From positions 1 to 41,156 of IMG/VR virus record IMGVR_UViG_3300030330_005072: a stretch of DNA of 41,156 nt; one strand, written 5' to 3'. Origin of the DNA: a virus. Its lineage: Duplodnaviria; Caudoviricetes. Of the stretch, positions 1 to 7,386 are shown piece after piece. Made by a program: the position numbers and the translations under genes. The notes beneath the pieces are model-generated. The model worked only from the letters and a program-made list of their open reading frames with translations. It was not told the origin of the DNA and searched no databases. Position 1 is the stretch's first letter; each line of letters opens with the position of its first letter.

Positions 1-167
1 TTTTCGTAGAAAGATATTACTTCATCAATATCTTCAATAGTTATATCATATGGATTACCATAAAACATAGCATCTACTCCTTCATATTGTTCAAGAATAT
101 CTTCTACGGAACACCTGTTTGTTAATACTCCGTAAGTATTACTCATTATTATTTCTAAATCTATCAT
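1..167 (-). CDS. hypothetical protein, 3' end truncated by window edge (MIDLEIIMSNTYGVLTNRCSVEDILEQYEG...)
   Basis: Manual translation: ATG at 167-165, open to position 1. Not in the ORF track. Confidence 0.7.
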   Translation of the reverse strand, partial: MIDLEIIMSNTYGVLTNRCSVEDILEQYEGVDAMFYGNPYDITIEDIDEVISFYE

Positions 168-169
168 AG

Positions 170-246
170 TGGTGATGGTGAGAATCGAACTCACCAAGCT
201 TTTCTGCGCATTCGGTCGCTATCAGTATCGCTTTACCATAAACACC
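170..246 (-). ncRNA. tRNA-like element (intact T-arm and acceptor-like helix; non-canonical D and anticodon arms)
   Basis: Minus strand reads GGTG...TGGTGAG-TTCGATT-CTCACCA-TCACCA. Perfect T-loop and 7-bp stem, 5' GGTG pairs with 3' CACC, 77 nt long. No convincing anticodon arm. Confidence 0.55.
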
Positions 247-267
247 ATTTACTCATTCGCATTTTTT

Positions 268-346
268 ATAAGACGCTAAATGTAGTCAACTACGTCTCAA
301 GTCACCACTGACTAATCAGTACTTCATCAGCGGTATTTACCGACTT
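268..346 (-). ncRNA. putative structured RNA (multi-hairpin, contains CTGATGA)
   Basis: Minus-strand helices AAGTC/GACTT, CGGTA/TACCG, ACTGA/TCAGT, GAGACG/CGTCTT and GTAGT/ACTAC lie in an intergenic gap. Confidence 0.4.
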
Positions 347-527
347 AATCTATCTCATCACAGTTCATACAGTCTATTACTTCTGTTGCTCCAGAGTAGT
401 GGTCAACTTTATGTGATTCAGCTTTAACATTATTGAAAAGCATTATTAGTAACACAATTCCTCCTGCAATGTAGAGAGTATTAAGAACTGTCTTTAACAC
501 TCTCTCGTGACTAAATTTACGATTCAT
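345..527 (-). CDS. small membrane protein with C-terminal CxxC (IDCMNCDEID)
   Basis: 60-aa ORF with one hydrophobic helix; coupled to the upstream ORF by a TAATG overlap. Confidence 0.7.
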   Translation of the reverse strand: MNRKFSHERVLKTVLNTLYIAGGIVLLIMLFNNVKAESHKVDHYSGATEVIDCMNCDEID

Positions 528-757
528 TAGGCAATATCTTTATCTCTCACCATAACCGGTATGTTATTACTCGCAGTGTATGATTTGTACTTTGCCCAAC
601 ACGCCATCGCTTCAAGTTTGTCTTTCATGATAGCGAATACTTTGTCATGATTATAAGTGGCAGTTTTACCATTTTTGAACGTCACATTTATAGTCGCATC
701 TTTACCAACTAGAGATTGTCTTACTACAAATCTTTTACTATTTATTATATTAGTCAT
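527..757 (-). CDS. hypothetical early protein, paralog of 1386..1604
   Basis: Shares KRFV.R.SL.GKD.TI...K.G....YNHD.V...C..KYKSYT with 1386..1604; lies downstream of a promoter repeat. Confidence 0.85.
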   Translation of the reverse strand: MTNIINSKRFVVRQSLVGKDATINVTFKNGKTATYNHDKVFAIMKDKLEAMACWAKYKSYTASNNIPVMVRDKDIA

Positions 758-774
758 AATTATACATTTATTAA

Positions 775-816
775 TTTACATTTATATTATCTACACTTGT
801 TCGTATTTATTATGTG
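775..816 (-). promoter_or_regulatory. putative phage early promoter, copy 1
   Basis: 42-nt ungapped match to 1206-1247 and 1632-1673. Minus strand AAATAC-N11-GATAAT-N6-GTAAA. Confidence 0.7.
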
Positions 817-969
817 TTAACACTCGCACATTTTGTTTATTTCTTTGTACTTCGCTTCAGTACCATTAGAGTTAATATATGTTTTACCACTTGAAATTAA
901 CTCATTTATCCACACTTGCATAACATTGTTACCAACATCTTTTCCACATTTCTTACAGTTTATTATCAT
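817..969 (-). CDS. small putative Zn-binding protein, 50 aa (MIINCKKC...KMCEC)
   Basis: Manual translation (below track cutoff); CxxC plus terminal CxC. Confidence 0.65.
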   Translation of the reverse strand: MIINCKKCGKDVGNNVMQVWINELISSGKTYINSNGTEAKYKEINKMCEC

Positions 970-982
970 AGCTCACACTCTT

Positions 983-1117
983 TTATTTTTTTAATTTATT
1001 ATACTCATCGATTAACTCTTGCTTCACTTTCACACCATACACTCTACAATTATGAATTATAAGTGATATTTGCTGAAGTCTTTGTTTCTTGTCTTTACTT
1101 AAATGTTCTAAACTCAT
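983..1117 (-). CDS. hypothetical protein, 44 aa (MSLEHLSKDKKQRLQQISLIIHNC...)
   Basis: Manual translation; tiles between neighbouring minus-strand ORFs. Confidence 0.6.
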   Translation of the reverse strand: MSLEHLSKDKKQRLQQISLIIHNCRVYGVKVKQELIDEYNKLKK

Positions 1118-1121
1118 ATCT

Positions 1122-1196
1122 TTACTCTTTTATATTAGCGCCATATTCAGCGATTTTTACTATTATCCACATTGTCATTATTATTATAAATTCCAT
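1122..1196 (-). CDS. 24-aa hydrophobic peptide (MEFIIIMTMWIIVKIAEYGANIKE)
   Basis: Manual translation; first ATG downstream of promoter copy 2. Confidence 0.45.
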   Translation of the reverse strand: MEFIIIMTMWIIVKIAEYGANIKE

Positions 1197-1205
1197 ATTG
1201 TTTCA

Positions 1206-1247
1206 TTTACATTATTATTATCTAAACAACTTCGTATTTGTTTTGTA
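1206..1247 (-). promoter_or_regulatory. putative phage early promoter, copy 2
   Basis: + strand tttacattattattatc-taaacaacttc-gtattt-gttttgta; same spacing as copies 1 and 3. Confidence 0.7.
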
Positions 1248-1328
1248 AAAGTATATCAATTGTTTAAGTGATAAATTACTATTACAAGTATTGCTCGTCA
1301 CTTCTATACTCGCAATTATTATTTTATT

Positions 1329-1379
1329 GTGTGACATTAGCGTTATAACTAAAGATATAGTAAGTAGCAATTGTCACAC
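1329..1379. repeat. inverted repeat GTGTGACA-N35-TGTCACAC
   Basis: Perfect 8-bp arms at 1329-1336 and 1372-1379 in an intergenic gap. Confidence 0.55.
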
Positions 1380-1385
1380 TATTAA

Positions 1386-1604
1386 TTATGATATCTTCAT
1401 ATCTCGGCAGAATGCTGGCATACAATTAGTATTTGTGTATGACTTATATTTCTGAAAACAATTCATTGACTCAAATCTTTCTTTATGTTTATTATATACT
1501 TCGTCGTGATTATATTTTACTAATTCACCTTTTTTATTTACAAATTCAATTGTCACATCTTTACCAATTAAACTTTTTCTTATTACAAATCTTTTTAATT
1601 TCAT
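1386..1604 (-). CDS. hypothetical early protein, paralog of 527..757
   Basis: Obvious end-to-end similarity to 527..757; first gene after promoter copy 3. Confidence 0.85.
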   Translation of the reverse strand: MKLKRFVIRKSLIGKDVTIEFVNKKGELVKYNHDEVYNKHKERFESMNCFQKYKSYTNTNCMPAFCRDMKIS

Positions 1605-1631
1605 ACTATTATATTTTATATTTATATTTTG

Positions 1632-1673
1632 TTTACATTATTATTATCGAAATGAAGTAGTATTTAGTTTGTG
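1632..1673 (-). promoter_or_regulatory. putative phage early promoter, copy 3
   Basis: + strand tttacattattattatc-gaaatgaagta-gtattt-agtttgtg. Confidence 0.7.
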
Positions 1674-1711
1674 TGAAAATGCGAAAAGTATTGAGTAAAA
1701 TGTGAAATAAT

Positions 1712-1806
1712 GAGCGGGGGTGGGTCAAGAGAATGAGCTTTTGGGGGAGGTGGGGGTGCATTTTTAGGTGGCGTAGAGCTGTATCCCTATATTTATAATA
1801 CGGGGA
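1712..1806 (+). other. G-rich non-coding island at the transcription divergence point (possible packaging/terminus or origin site; G-quadruplex potential)
   Basis: G5-T-G3-N18-G5-AGGT-G5 in an otherwise very AT-rich genome. Confidence 0.45.
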
Positions 1807-1825
1807 GTAAATATATACACTTCCA

Positions 1826-1845
1826 TGTAATTATCTTAATTGTAG
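1826..1845 (+). promoter_or_regulatory. putative late promoter (TGTAA-N10/11-GTA)
   Basis: Motif recurs in intergenic gaps at 7387, 21154 and 35071, each upstream of + strand gene blocks. Confidence 0.45.
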
Positions 1846-1888
1846 AAAAAACGATTAAGTCGTAATAAAAAAAATAAAATAATTTAAG

Positions 1889-2323
1889 ATGGCAGTAATA
1901 CAACCAAAATTAACAATAGTAGCTAATTCAAGCGCAGCATCAAATCAAGCTGGTCCTGCTTCTATAGCTGTTAATCTATCAGCAACACCTATAAGTAACA
2001 CATCGATAGTTACTAGTTTAGAAACTCAAATATATAACACAACAGCTTCGCCTGTTAAAGTTTTTGATTCAGCTAACTATGGTAAATCATATATATATAT
2101 GAAAAATCTAGAGACATCTGCTGGTGCATCTCAAGATATTTATGTTGGTATAACAGAAGGTACTCAAAATGATATGGGTACAAACAGTGGTGGTGATGAT
2201 AGAACTTTTACTATATCAGCTGGCGAGTTTGTATATTTCCCTTGGTCTGGAGATCAAGATGTTTATGTAGAGGGAGCTTCTGCTGATGATAAATTAGAAA
2301 TATGGTTGTTTAAGACAACTTAA
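1889..2323 (+). CDS. putative virion structural protein (beta-rich), paralog of 2342..2905
   Basis: Shared P..T...N......GP.S....LS.T, Y.Y.KN, .Y.G, F.FPW and E.W.F motifs. Confidence 0.75.
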   Translation: MAVIQPKLTIVANSSAASNQAGPASIAVNLSATPISNTSIVTSLETQIYNTTASPVKVFDSANYGKSYIYMKNLETSAGASQDIYVGITEGTQNDMGTNSGGDDRTFTISAGEFVYFPWSGDQDVYVEGASADDKLEIWLFKTT

Positions 2324-2341
2324 TAATTAAAATAACAAAAT

Positions 2342-2905
2342 ATGCCTAGAATAAAACCTACGTTTTCATTAACGTCAAATGCTGCAGGTTCTACAAATGA
2401 AGGACCTCTTTCTGTAGCTCTAACACTATCAACAACAACAGACTTAGGTTGTGACGATGTTCACTCTGGTGTTTATACTATGACTGGTACTGATTCAGCA
2501 ATATTATTTGATGGAGAAACTCAAAACTGGAGATCATCTGCGCCAACTGGTGGTGCTGGTGATGGAGCAGGTGGTACAGTTGGTGGATATGTTTATATAA
2601 AAAATGTTACACCAACAGGAACTGGACTGGTATACATAGGTATTGGATCTGATGAGGATAATCCAGATACAACTGGAGCTGGTTCAGACATATCAGCAGC
2701 TGACCAATTGGATGACTTTGGTGATGGTGCTGATGGTGAAGCACCTGCTGGAGTAGACGCTGGAGCAACTAGATTTATGACATTAAAAAAGGATGAATTT
2801 GCGTTTTTTCCATGGGATTACACAACTAGAATATTAATTGATTCAAGTACAGCAACACCTTTACAGAAAGTAGAGTGGTGGATATTTGATAGAGGATCGT
2901 TATAA
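2342..2905 (+). CDS. putative virion structural protein, paralog of 1889..2323 with Gly/Asp-rich loops
   Basis: Same motifs as the preceding gene. Confidence 0.75.
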   Translation: MPRIKPTFSLTSNAAGSTNEGPLSVALTLSTTTDLGCDDVHSGVYTMTGTDSAILFDGETQNWRSSAPTGGAGDGAGGTVGGYVYIKNVTPTGTGLVYIGIGSDEDNPDTTGAGSDISAADQLDDFGDGADGEAPAGVDAGATRFMTLKKDEFAFFPWDYTTRILIDSSTATPLQKVEWWIFDRGSL

Positions 2906-2906
2906 T

Positions 2907-3110
2907 ATGAAAAAAAGATCTAGTTTTAAAATGAAAGGCTTTAGAAGTAGCCCACTTAAAGTTTCTGAATTTGATAATTTAACAGAAGAAGAAAGAGAAA
3001 GGTTGTATGAGCAAATGAAAGAAGAAGAAAGTGAAAGAGCTGCCGCTTCTGACAAAAGATTACAAGTGCACAATGTCGATAAGGATAGAGAAGGAGGTAG
3101 TGCTTATTAA
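2907..3110 (+). CDS. small charged protein with FKMKGF..SP tag
   Basis: ATG at 2907 directly after the upstream stop; MKKRSSFKMKGFRSSPLK. Confidence 0.75.
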   Translation: MKKRSSFKMKGFRSSPLKVSEFDNLTEEERERLYEQMKEEESERAAASDKRLQVHNVDKDREGGSAY

Positions 3111-3122
3111 AATATAAAGAAA

Positions 3123-3407
3123 ATGGCGTACAAACAAAAAGGATGGTCACCTTTCACTAAAAAAAATAAAGGAGGCGTAAAAAAAGAAGCTAAAAAACAA
3201 GGTGTTAAAAAAGTCGCACTAAAAGTCTCTAAAGCTGGTGCTAAAAAAGCTGGAGCTACGGGTGTTGCTAGAATGATACCTGGTCTTGGAACAGGTTTAT
3301 TGTTTAAAGACTTTGGAAAGTTTGTATTTAAAAACAAAGTAGGCCAAAAAGCTAAAGCCGGCATGCGTACTGGAGGTACGGGTGGAGGATTTTTAGGAAA
3401 AATATAA
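3123..3407 (+). CDS. Lys/Gly-rich basic protein with MAYKQKGWSPFTK tag
   Basis: ORF track; N-terminal motif. Confidence 0.75.
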   Translation: MAYKQKGWSPFTKKNKGGVKKEAKKQGVKKVALKVSKAGAKKAGATGVARMIPGLGTGLLFKDFGKFVFKNKVGQKAKAGMRTGGTGGGFLGKI

Positions 3408-3424
3408 TTAGGGAAAATCCCTAA
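3408..3424 (+). other. short hairpin TTAGGGA-AAA-TCCCTAA
   Basis: Perfect 7-bp stem immediately after the stop; no U-tract, so not a clear terminator. Confidence 0.35.
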
Positions 3425-3452
3425 ACCAATTAACTAATTAAAACCAAAAACA

Positions 3453-3746
3453 ATGACATACATATACTATAAAAGTAGTACATATACTACAGAACCGAAA
3501 ATTTCAGAGAAACAATTAGATGAATGGAGACATTTAGCTGATAAAAAGAACTGGAGAATTACTCAATTACCCAACGGATATTACCAAACAGAGGTAAATA
3601 AACCTGAAGATGAAAATTCTTGGGTTGATATTACGCGAAGAGAGACAATGGAGGGTGCGGAAAACGCAGTTGATAACAGTGTTGAACACTTTTCAAAGAA
3701 AATAGAGTACATTAAAGGACCTAAAGTGGTCAAAACTTTTAAATAA
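3453..3746 (+). CDS. hypothetical phage protein (WRITQLPNGYYQTE)
   Basis: ORF track; protein-like composition. Confidence 0.8.
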   Translation: MTYIYYKSSTYTTEPKISEKQLDEWRHLADKKNWRITQLPNGYYQTEVNKPEDENSWVDITRRETMEGAENAVDNSVEHFSKKIEYIKGPKVVKTFK

Positions 3747-3752
3747 CACAGT

Positions 3753-4313
3753 ATGGCGTTCAAAATGAGGGGTTTTAGTCCTTTTACAAAAACTAGAAAA
3801 GAAATAGCAGCTCAAATAACGAAAAAATGGCGCCAAAGGAAAGCTGCTAGAATACAAAAAAGGATAGATGCTAGAGAAGCTCGTGTAAAAAACACTGATA
3901 GAAATAAAAAAACGATAAAAAGATTAGAAGATAAGAAATTTAACGTTGAAAATCCTTGGTGGAAATCTAAAGAGAAAGAGTTAGATGCATTAGGTAGTAG
4001 ACCTGAAAACAAACCTTACTGGCAGAGTGATTATCAGAAGAAAATGGCTAAACAAGGTATTAAAACAAGTGGATATCTTGATGCTAAGTACAGAAGATCA
4101 GGTAAAAAATCATATGCACCAGGTTTAGGTAATATAACTCAAGAAAGTGTAGCTAAACACATAGCATCCTCAAGCGGTGGTAAAAGCCCCTCTATGACAA
4201 GAAGTTTTAGTCAACCTCAAAACATGCAATATAGAGTTAGTAAAGCTTATCAGAGAGAAGCGCATTATCAAAAAAATAACGAAGCTACTAGAAATAACAA
4301 AAAAGCATATTAA
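3753..4313 (+). CDS. basic protein with MAFKMRGFSPFTK tag
   Basis: ORF track; N-terminal motif. Confidence 0.8.
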   Translation: MAFKMRGFSPFTKTRKEIAAQITKKWRQRKAARIQKRIDAREARVKNTDRNKKTIKRLEDKKFNVENPWWKSKEKELDALGSRPENKPYWQSDYQKKMAKQGIKTSGYLDAKYRRSGKKSYAPGLGNITQESVAKHIASSSGGKSPSMTRSFSQPQNMQYRVSKAYQREAHYQKNNEATRNNKKAY

Positions 4314-4314
4314 A

Positions 4315-4686
4315 ATGGGTTTTAAATTAGGTTCAGAAAAAAGAGGTTTTAGAACACCTATGAAAAGAACTATCATTAGGAAAGATCTTCCAGATGGTAC
4401 GTTAGCTGAAGCTAATAACGATGGATCTATATTTGTAGACAAGGATTTGGAAGTTGGTAGTAGAAAATATAACAAAACAATAGCTCATGAAGCCCAACAT
4501 ATGAGAGATATGGAAACTGGTAGAGCGGCTTATGGAGAGAACTACGTTACATGGGAAGGTAACACGTATATTAGACGAGAGATAGATGGTGAAAATTATA
4601 TAGATGGTCCCGCAGGTAGATTACCAGAAGGACACCCTGATCATCCATGGGAAAAAGTAGCTAATGAAGCAGAAAATAATTATTAA
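4315..4686 (+). CDS. small zincin-like metallopeptidase (HExxH)
   Basis: IAHEAQH at 4480-4500 and a downstream PWE motif that could supply the third ligand; N-terminus MGFKLG..RGF.TP. Confidence 0.65.
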   Translation: MGFKLGSEKRGFRTPMKRTIIRKDLPDGTLAEANNDGSIFVDKDLEVGSRKYNKTIAHEAQHMRDMETGRAAYGENYVTWEGNTYIRREIDGENYIDGPAGRLPEGHPDHPWEKVANEAENNY

Positions 4687-4701
4687 ATAAAAAAAATAAA
4701 A

Positions 4702-4968
4702 ATGCCTGAATTTAAAAAAGACACTAAAGGATTTAAGATGAAAGGTTGGTCACCTTTTACTAAATTAACTGATCCAACTAAGAAGAAGCCTACAGCTAAA
4801 GTAAAATCGGATAAAATGCAAGAGGCTAATGCTGAGGAAAGAGCTATCATGAAACAGATGGCTGTTATCGAAGGAAAGATGAAAGGTATGGATAAAAACT
4901 CATCCGAGTACAAAAAGCTAATGGATAAACATAGGAATTTAGATAACAAACTTTATCCATTTGATTAA
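4702..4968 (+). CDS. basic protein with GFKMKGWSPFTK tag
   Basis: ORF track; motif at residues 10-21. Confidence 0.8.
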   Translation: MPEFKKDTKGFKMKGWSPFTKLTDPTKKKPTAKVKSDKMQEANAEERAIMKQMAVIEGKMKGMDKNSSEYKKLMDKHRNLDNKLYPFD

Positions 4969-4977
4969 AACTTAGTT

Positions 4978-5493
4978 ATGGCATTCAAAATGAAAGGCTT
5001 TACGCCGTTTACAAGGAAAAAAGATCCAGTTAAAAAACCTGTTGGTCCTGTTACACCGTTGACAAACGCTGAATACATGAATAGGCAAGTTTGGAATATA
5101 GTTCAAGATAAAAAGAAGAAAAAGAAAAGCGATGAAGATTTTGATAAAAAGTACAATAGAGCTAATCAAAAATCTCCTTTAAAAAAAGCAACTGATCCAC
5201 CTAATGGTAAAAAACCAAAAGATGACGATTCTGATAGAATGACAGATGCACAGAACAAAGCTCACGAAGAAAAAGTTGAAAAGTATAATAAAGAAAAAGG
5301 TAATTACGAAAAAATGAGTAAAAATCCTGCTTTAGTAAAAAAGATAGTAGCTGCAGGTCAACAAATAAGAGCACAAATAGACAAACTAAACAATAAAGGT
5401 AATTTAAGTGAAGATGAAAAAGCAAGATTAGCTGATCTAAAAAGAGATTACTCTAGCAACCAAAGATTATTACACAATATAAGAGGTAAATAA
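4978..5493 (+). CDS. basic protein with MAFKMKGFTPFTR tag and internal KSPLKK
   Basis: ORF track; motif. Confidence 0.8.
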   Translation: MAFKMKGFTPFTRKKDPVKKPVGPVTPLTNAEYMNRQVWNIVQDKKKKKKSDEDFDKKYNRANQKSPLKKATDPPNGKKPKDDDSDRMTDAQNKAHEEKVEKYNKEKGNYEKMSKNPALVKKIVAAGQQIRAQIDKLNNKGNLSEDEKARLADLKRDYSSNQRLLHNIRGK

Positions 5494-5554
5494 TAAGCAA
5501 TAAAGGTAATAATACCTACAGACAATTTAATTTAATAAAATAAAATATAATACC

Positions 5555-7123
5555 ATGGAATATAACTTACCAAGTGAATTGGTGAAGAACCTAAACTTTG
5601 GTGGTGAAGCAAAGGAAAAGGTGATCACTGGAGTCAATAAATTAGCCCAAGCCGTAAAATCTACGTTAGGTGCATCAGGAAAATGTGTTATTTACGAAGA
5701 TGGGAGAGGCAAACCGGTCATAACAAAAGATGGGGTAACCGTGGCAGAAAGCGTAGTCTTACGTGATCCGGTTGAGAATATGGGTGCAACCTTAATAAAA
5801 GAAGCTGCTAGAAACACAGTAAAAGATGCTGGAGATGGTACCACAACCGCTACAGTACTAGCAGAAGCACTAATCAAACAAATAGACACTGCGATCGCAG
5901 ATGGTCTTACAATCAGAGAAATTAAAGATGGAGTAAATGAAACACTAGATAGTGTCATTAGCTATTTAAATACTATAGCAATAGACGTTGAAGGTGATAT
6001 GCTTAATTCAGTTAGTTCTATATCATGTAATAACGACAAAGAGCTTGGTAATATAATATCTGAAGCTTACGAAAAAGTAGGTAAAAACGGAGTTGTTTTA
6101 ATGGAAAGTAGCGAGTCAGATGAAACATACGTGGATATAGTTGACGGGGTTCAGGTTGAATGCGGTCTAACTTCTCCGCATTTTATTACTAATACAGATA
6201 AACACGTGTGTGAGTTAGAAAATCCATTGATACTTATATGTTCTTCTGAAATACCTAATATACGTAAAATACAATCTATATTAGAACATGTTATAAAGAA
6301 TAACAGATCTTTATTGGTTATAGCTCCAGTTGCTCAAACTGTTAAATCAGCATTAATGATGAACAAAGTTAAAGGTAATATTAAAATTAATATTATTGAT
6401 TTACCAGGTTTTGGTCCTACTAAAAAAGATGCAACCGAAGATTTAGCTATATTAACTGGTGCAACAGTGCTTAATGAAGAGTTAGGTGATGATTTAGATC
6501 TTATGAAACCAGAGCATTTAGGTGAAGCTGAATTATCCGTAACAGATGACAAAACAACTGTTTTAACACTAGAAGGAATGACAGATGATATAGAAAATAG
6601 AATAGATGAGTTAAATAGTAAGTTAGCTAAAGAAAAAGATGATTTCATTAAAAGAAAACTAGAACAAAGATTAGCTACATTGTCAGGTAGCGTGGGTATA
6701 ATTAAAGTAGGAGCTAACTCTAAAGTTGAGCTTAAAGAAAAGAAAGATAGAATAGAGGATGCGATCTATGCTACAAAAGCAGCCTTGAAAGAAGGTATCG
6801 TCCCAGGTGGTGGTATCGCTCTCCTTAACGCATCACAAAAAGTAAAACCAAGTAAAGGTGGTGAAGCATTGACAAAAGCCTTAACATCTCCATATGAAAC
6901 AATTATGGATAATGCTGGGCTCATGATGAATCCTAGTAATTTAAAAGAAGGTTATGGTTGTAACGTTGTTAATGGAGAATTTGTAAAAATGATTGATGAA
7001 GGTATTATTGATCCAGTGCTTGTAACCAAGTCCGCACTTAAAAACGCTGTAAGTGTAGCTTTAACTGTCATGTCAGCAGATTGTGTAATTTCAAATATTA
7101 GAATAGAAAATGCAAGCAATTAA
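5555..7123 (+). CDS. groEL: phage-encoded chaperonin GroEL (Cpn60)
   Basis: ITKDGVTVA, AGDGTTTATVLA, EKKDRIEDA..ATKAA..EGIVPGGG and GIIDP motifs; no GGM tail. Confidence 0.97.
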   Translation: MEYNLPSELVKNLNFGGEAKEKVITGVNKLAQAVKSTLGASGKCVIYEDGRGKPVITKDGVTVAESVVLRDPVENMGATLIKEAARNTVKDAGDGTTTATVLAEALIKQIDTAIADGLTIREIKDGVNETLDSVISYLNTIAIDVEGDMLNSVSSISCNNDKELGNIISEAYEKVGKNGVVLMESSESDETYVDIVDGVQVECGLTSPHFITNTDKHVCELENPLILICSSEIPNIRKIQSILEHVIKNNRSLLVIAPVAQTVKSALMMNKVKGNIKINIIDLPGFGPTKKDATEDLAILTGATVLNEELGDDLDLMKPEHLGEAELSVTDDKTTVLTLEGMTDDIENRIDELNSKLAKEKDDFIKRKLEQRLATLSGSVGIIKVGANSKVELKEKKDRIEDAIYATKAALKEGIVPGGGIALLNASQKVKPSKGGEALTKALTSPYETIMDNAGLMMNPSNLKEGYGCNVVNGEFVKMIDEGIIDPVLVTKSALKNAVSVALTVMSADCVISNIRIENASN

Positions 7124-7367
7124 TGATTACGTTATAATTGATATAATAAAAGAAGGACCAAAGAAAGTCGGTGGTCTGATTTTAACAGATGAAACAGATG
7201 AAACAAACCGATATAAAAAAGCGAATATAGTATCTGTTGGAAATCTTGTAGAGATGGTTAAAACTGGAGATACTATATATTATGATGCTGTATCTGGCCA
7301 TGATATAGCTTATAACAACGTTATGTATAAGGTTATAAGAGCTAGAGATATAGTTATGGTGGAATAA
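7110..7367 (+). CDS. groES: co-chaperonin GroES (Cpn10)
   Basis: Mobile loop KKVGGLIL, IVSVG and VKTGDTI; overlaps groEL. Confidence 0.9.
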   Translation: MQAINDYVIIDIIKEGPKKVGGLILTDETDETNRYKKANIVSVGNLVEMVKTGDTIYYDAVSGHDIAYNNVMYKVIRARDIVMVE

Positions 7368-7386
7368 TTACTATTTAGTAAAAACG

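Noticed and set aside
170-246. Calling the element a functional tRNA (e.g. Phe-GAA)
   Set aside because: The acceptor stem has mismatches in the canonical register, and there is no U33 or proper 5-bp anticodon stem.
268-346. Calling a canonical hammerhead ribozyme
   Set aside because: The conserved GAAA strand is absent and the stem I/cleavage-site register does not fit; kept only as a candidate structured RNA.
657-1660. Plus-strand ORFs 657..869, 1063..1248, 1089..1271, 1433..1660
   Set aside because: They are antisense to the tiled minus-strand early genes and promoter repeats, and give low-complexity Ile/Tyr-rich translations.
2886-2906. TTG start at 2886 (likewise TTG at 10453)
   Set aside because: Both overlap upstream genes; ATGs at 2907 and 10471 are coupled to the upstream stops and give better N-termini.
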